In this document: one piece after another, positions 61,496 to 64,000 of the stretch
How the letters are laid out: every line of letters begins with the position of its first letter
Numbering within the stretch: position 1 is the stretch's first letter
From: Candidatus Multivorans sp.
GTDB taxonomy: Bacteria > Acidobacteriota > Thermoanaerobaculia > Multivoradales > Multivoraceae
Assembly: GCA_965247095.1 (NCBI GenBank)
Contig: OZ251997.1
Coordinates: forward strand, 3,776,001 to 3,840,000
DNA length: 64,000 nucleotides
Reading direction: 5' to 3'
Program-made: the position numbers and the translations under genes
The notes under the pieces: generated by a model
The model's input: the letters and a program-made list of their open reading frames with translations, nothing else
Database searches by the model: none
Told to the model about the DNA's origin: nothing

Positions 61496-62166
61496 GGCTG
61501 TCCCTCCATCGGCGCTGCCTTCTCTCCGGTGGCCGCCGTGTCCACGGCGGCTTCGGGCTCGCCTGCAGCCGTCGCCGGCGTGTAGGCGACGGCGATCGTG
61601 AAGTCGAGCGGGCCGGAGTCCTGACGGCTTTCGTGCCGCAGCTTCGGACCGTGGAACGAGGGGTGTTCGAACAGAGAGTCGATCAACTCGTGCAGGCCCT
61701 CGTCATTCTGGGCTTCGCCGCTGATGTCGAGCATCACGCGCGCGGCAACGTCCGGCCCCGGCTCAGTCCGTCGCCTGCGGCTCCTCTCGCTTGCTTGGGG
61801 CGCGAGGCTGCGGAGCCGTGTGTTCCATGGCAGCACCTGTTCGATGTCGGTGAAAAGCCGACCCCAGGGGAAACGCCGATCCGCGATGCGCTCGTTCAGG
61901 AACGCGACCTCGCGGTTCTGGGACTGCAGATCGAGGCGCGCGAGCTCCGAACCCAACCGGTCCAGTTCGGCGCCATCGGCGGCAAGCTGCTGGCGCAGCT
62001 CGGCGAGTTCGGCGCGAGCGTCGGCGGAGCCGGTGAGATAGCCCCAGTACAGCACCGCGTTGAGCGCCAGGAGGGCAATCCCGAGCGCCCACAGCAGCGC
62101 GGTCAAGCGCCGCCAGGGACGGCGGTTGACGAACGGGCGGGCGGCCAGGTTGAACGCGTTCTTCAT
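61492..62166 (-). CDS. PilN-like protein
   Basis: FNLAARPF, TM helix, coiled coil, FPWGRLFTDIEQVLP. Confidence 0.8.
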   Translation of the reverse strand: MKNAFNLAARPFVNRRPWRRLTALLWALGIALLALNAVLYWGYLTGSADARAELAELRQQLAADGAELDRLGSELARLDLQSQNREVAFLNERIADRRFPWGRLFTDIEQVLPWNTRLRSLAPQASERSRRRRTEPGPDVAARVMLDISGEAQNDEGLHELIDSLFEHPSFHGPKLRHESRQDSGPLDFTIAVAYTPATAAGEPEAAVDTAATGEKAAPMEGQP

Positions 62167-63138
62167 GTCCTCACCGTCAGCGAGGCGCCAAGCATCGGCA
62201 GCGCCTGCTGCACGCCGATGTCCGGGGTCGCAGGACCGGTGCCGAGGGTTCCGTTGCCGTCGAGAACGCGAGCCGGCAGCCCCAGACCCTCTTCGAGCCG
62301 GTCGCGCCAAACGCCGCGAGCCTCTTCGGCGGCCAGCATCAGGGCGTACCCCGGCAGGGTTCGCTCGGCGCCGAACAGCTCGCGCTCCTCGATGAAGTTC
62401 CGGGTCAGTCGCAGGTCGCGCACGGCCAGGTTGGAGGCGACGGAGGATTCCAGTTCCGGGTCGATGCTCTTGTATCGGAAGAGAGCTGGGCCCTCCTCCG
62501 CGTGCGCGAGCAGGGAGTAGCCGTCACGATGGGCGACGAGGAGCAGGAAGGGGCCCGAGTCGCCCTGAAGCCGAGCAATGCCGTCGGCAGCGCCCAGGCT
62601 CTCGTTCGTGACCGTGCCGATGTGGATTCCGGCGCCTCTGAACGAGTCTTCGATCTGAGCCAGGACGTGTTCGACGCCGAAACCGATCAGGAAGCGCGTA
62701 GCGCCGTTGCCGGCGGCGCCCACCCGCCTGCCGCGCACGCGGAGTTCTTCGACCCGGAAAGGTACCTGCTTGCGGAGCTTGAAGCGCAGGGTCTCTTCTC
62801 GCAGGAGCGGCTTCCTGGGAACCTCTTCGAGTTCGGCGAAGGTCAGCCGGAGCCAGCGGTCGGGGACGACCAGGGCGGCGCGTGCGACCGGCTCTCCAAT
62901 GGCGGTATCGGCGGCCTGCTGAAGTTCGGCGACCACTTCATGGAACTGGGCGGGCGCCCGCAGCGGTCCGCCCAGCGCGCCTTCCTGGAAGGTCTCGGCC
63001 GGCAGCTCCCGTCGTCGGACGGCCTGCAGCTCCGGGGCCGATCCGTCCTGGCGCAGGAAGTGCGCCAGGACGAGTTCGCGCTCGTCGAGCAGGAACACCG
63101 ACGCCGGCCCCCGAGGGTCGTCGAGGCCGACCAGGCGT

Positions 63139-64000
<862 letters not shown>

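Overview
High-GC bacterial chromosomal window, densely coding, with no rRNA, tRNA, CRISPR array or intact transposase that I can see. Gene content suggests an Acidobacteriota (Thermoanaerobaculia-like), possibly host- or sponge-associated genome; this is an inference. Ordinary loci include two ECF sigma factors, an M23 peptidase, a MutS-like ATPase, a Liv-type ABC transporter with an embedded acyl-CoA ligase, rmlBAC plus DUF4301, pcnB, citrate synthase, queE, acnA, yqgE, dut and a T2SS/type IV pilus-like operon running off the right edge. The best candidate for an undescribed system is a three-gene minus-strand locus (2444-5578): a small secreted protein, a cytoplasmic TPR protein and a larger secreted protein. 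Both secreted proteins carry two copies of one 9-residue motif, A-R-[VA]-H-I-V-[VI]-[VF]-G, and the locus has a sigma70-like promoter overlapped by a palindrome. Other notable items are a two-methyltransferase type I R-M operon shredded by deletions around an intact RelE-type toxin-antitoxin pair, REP-like palindromes (one cluster translated inside a prepilin leader), a frameshifted surface metalloprotease, an M4 protease with a large insert between its zinc ligands, and repeated signs of leaderless transcription.
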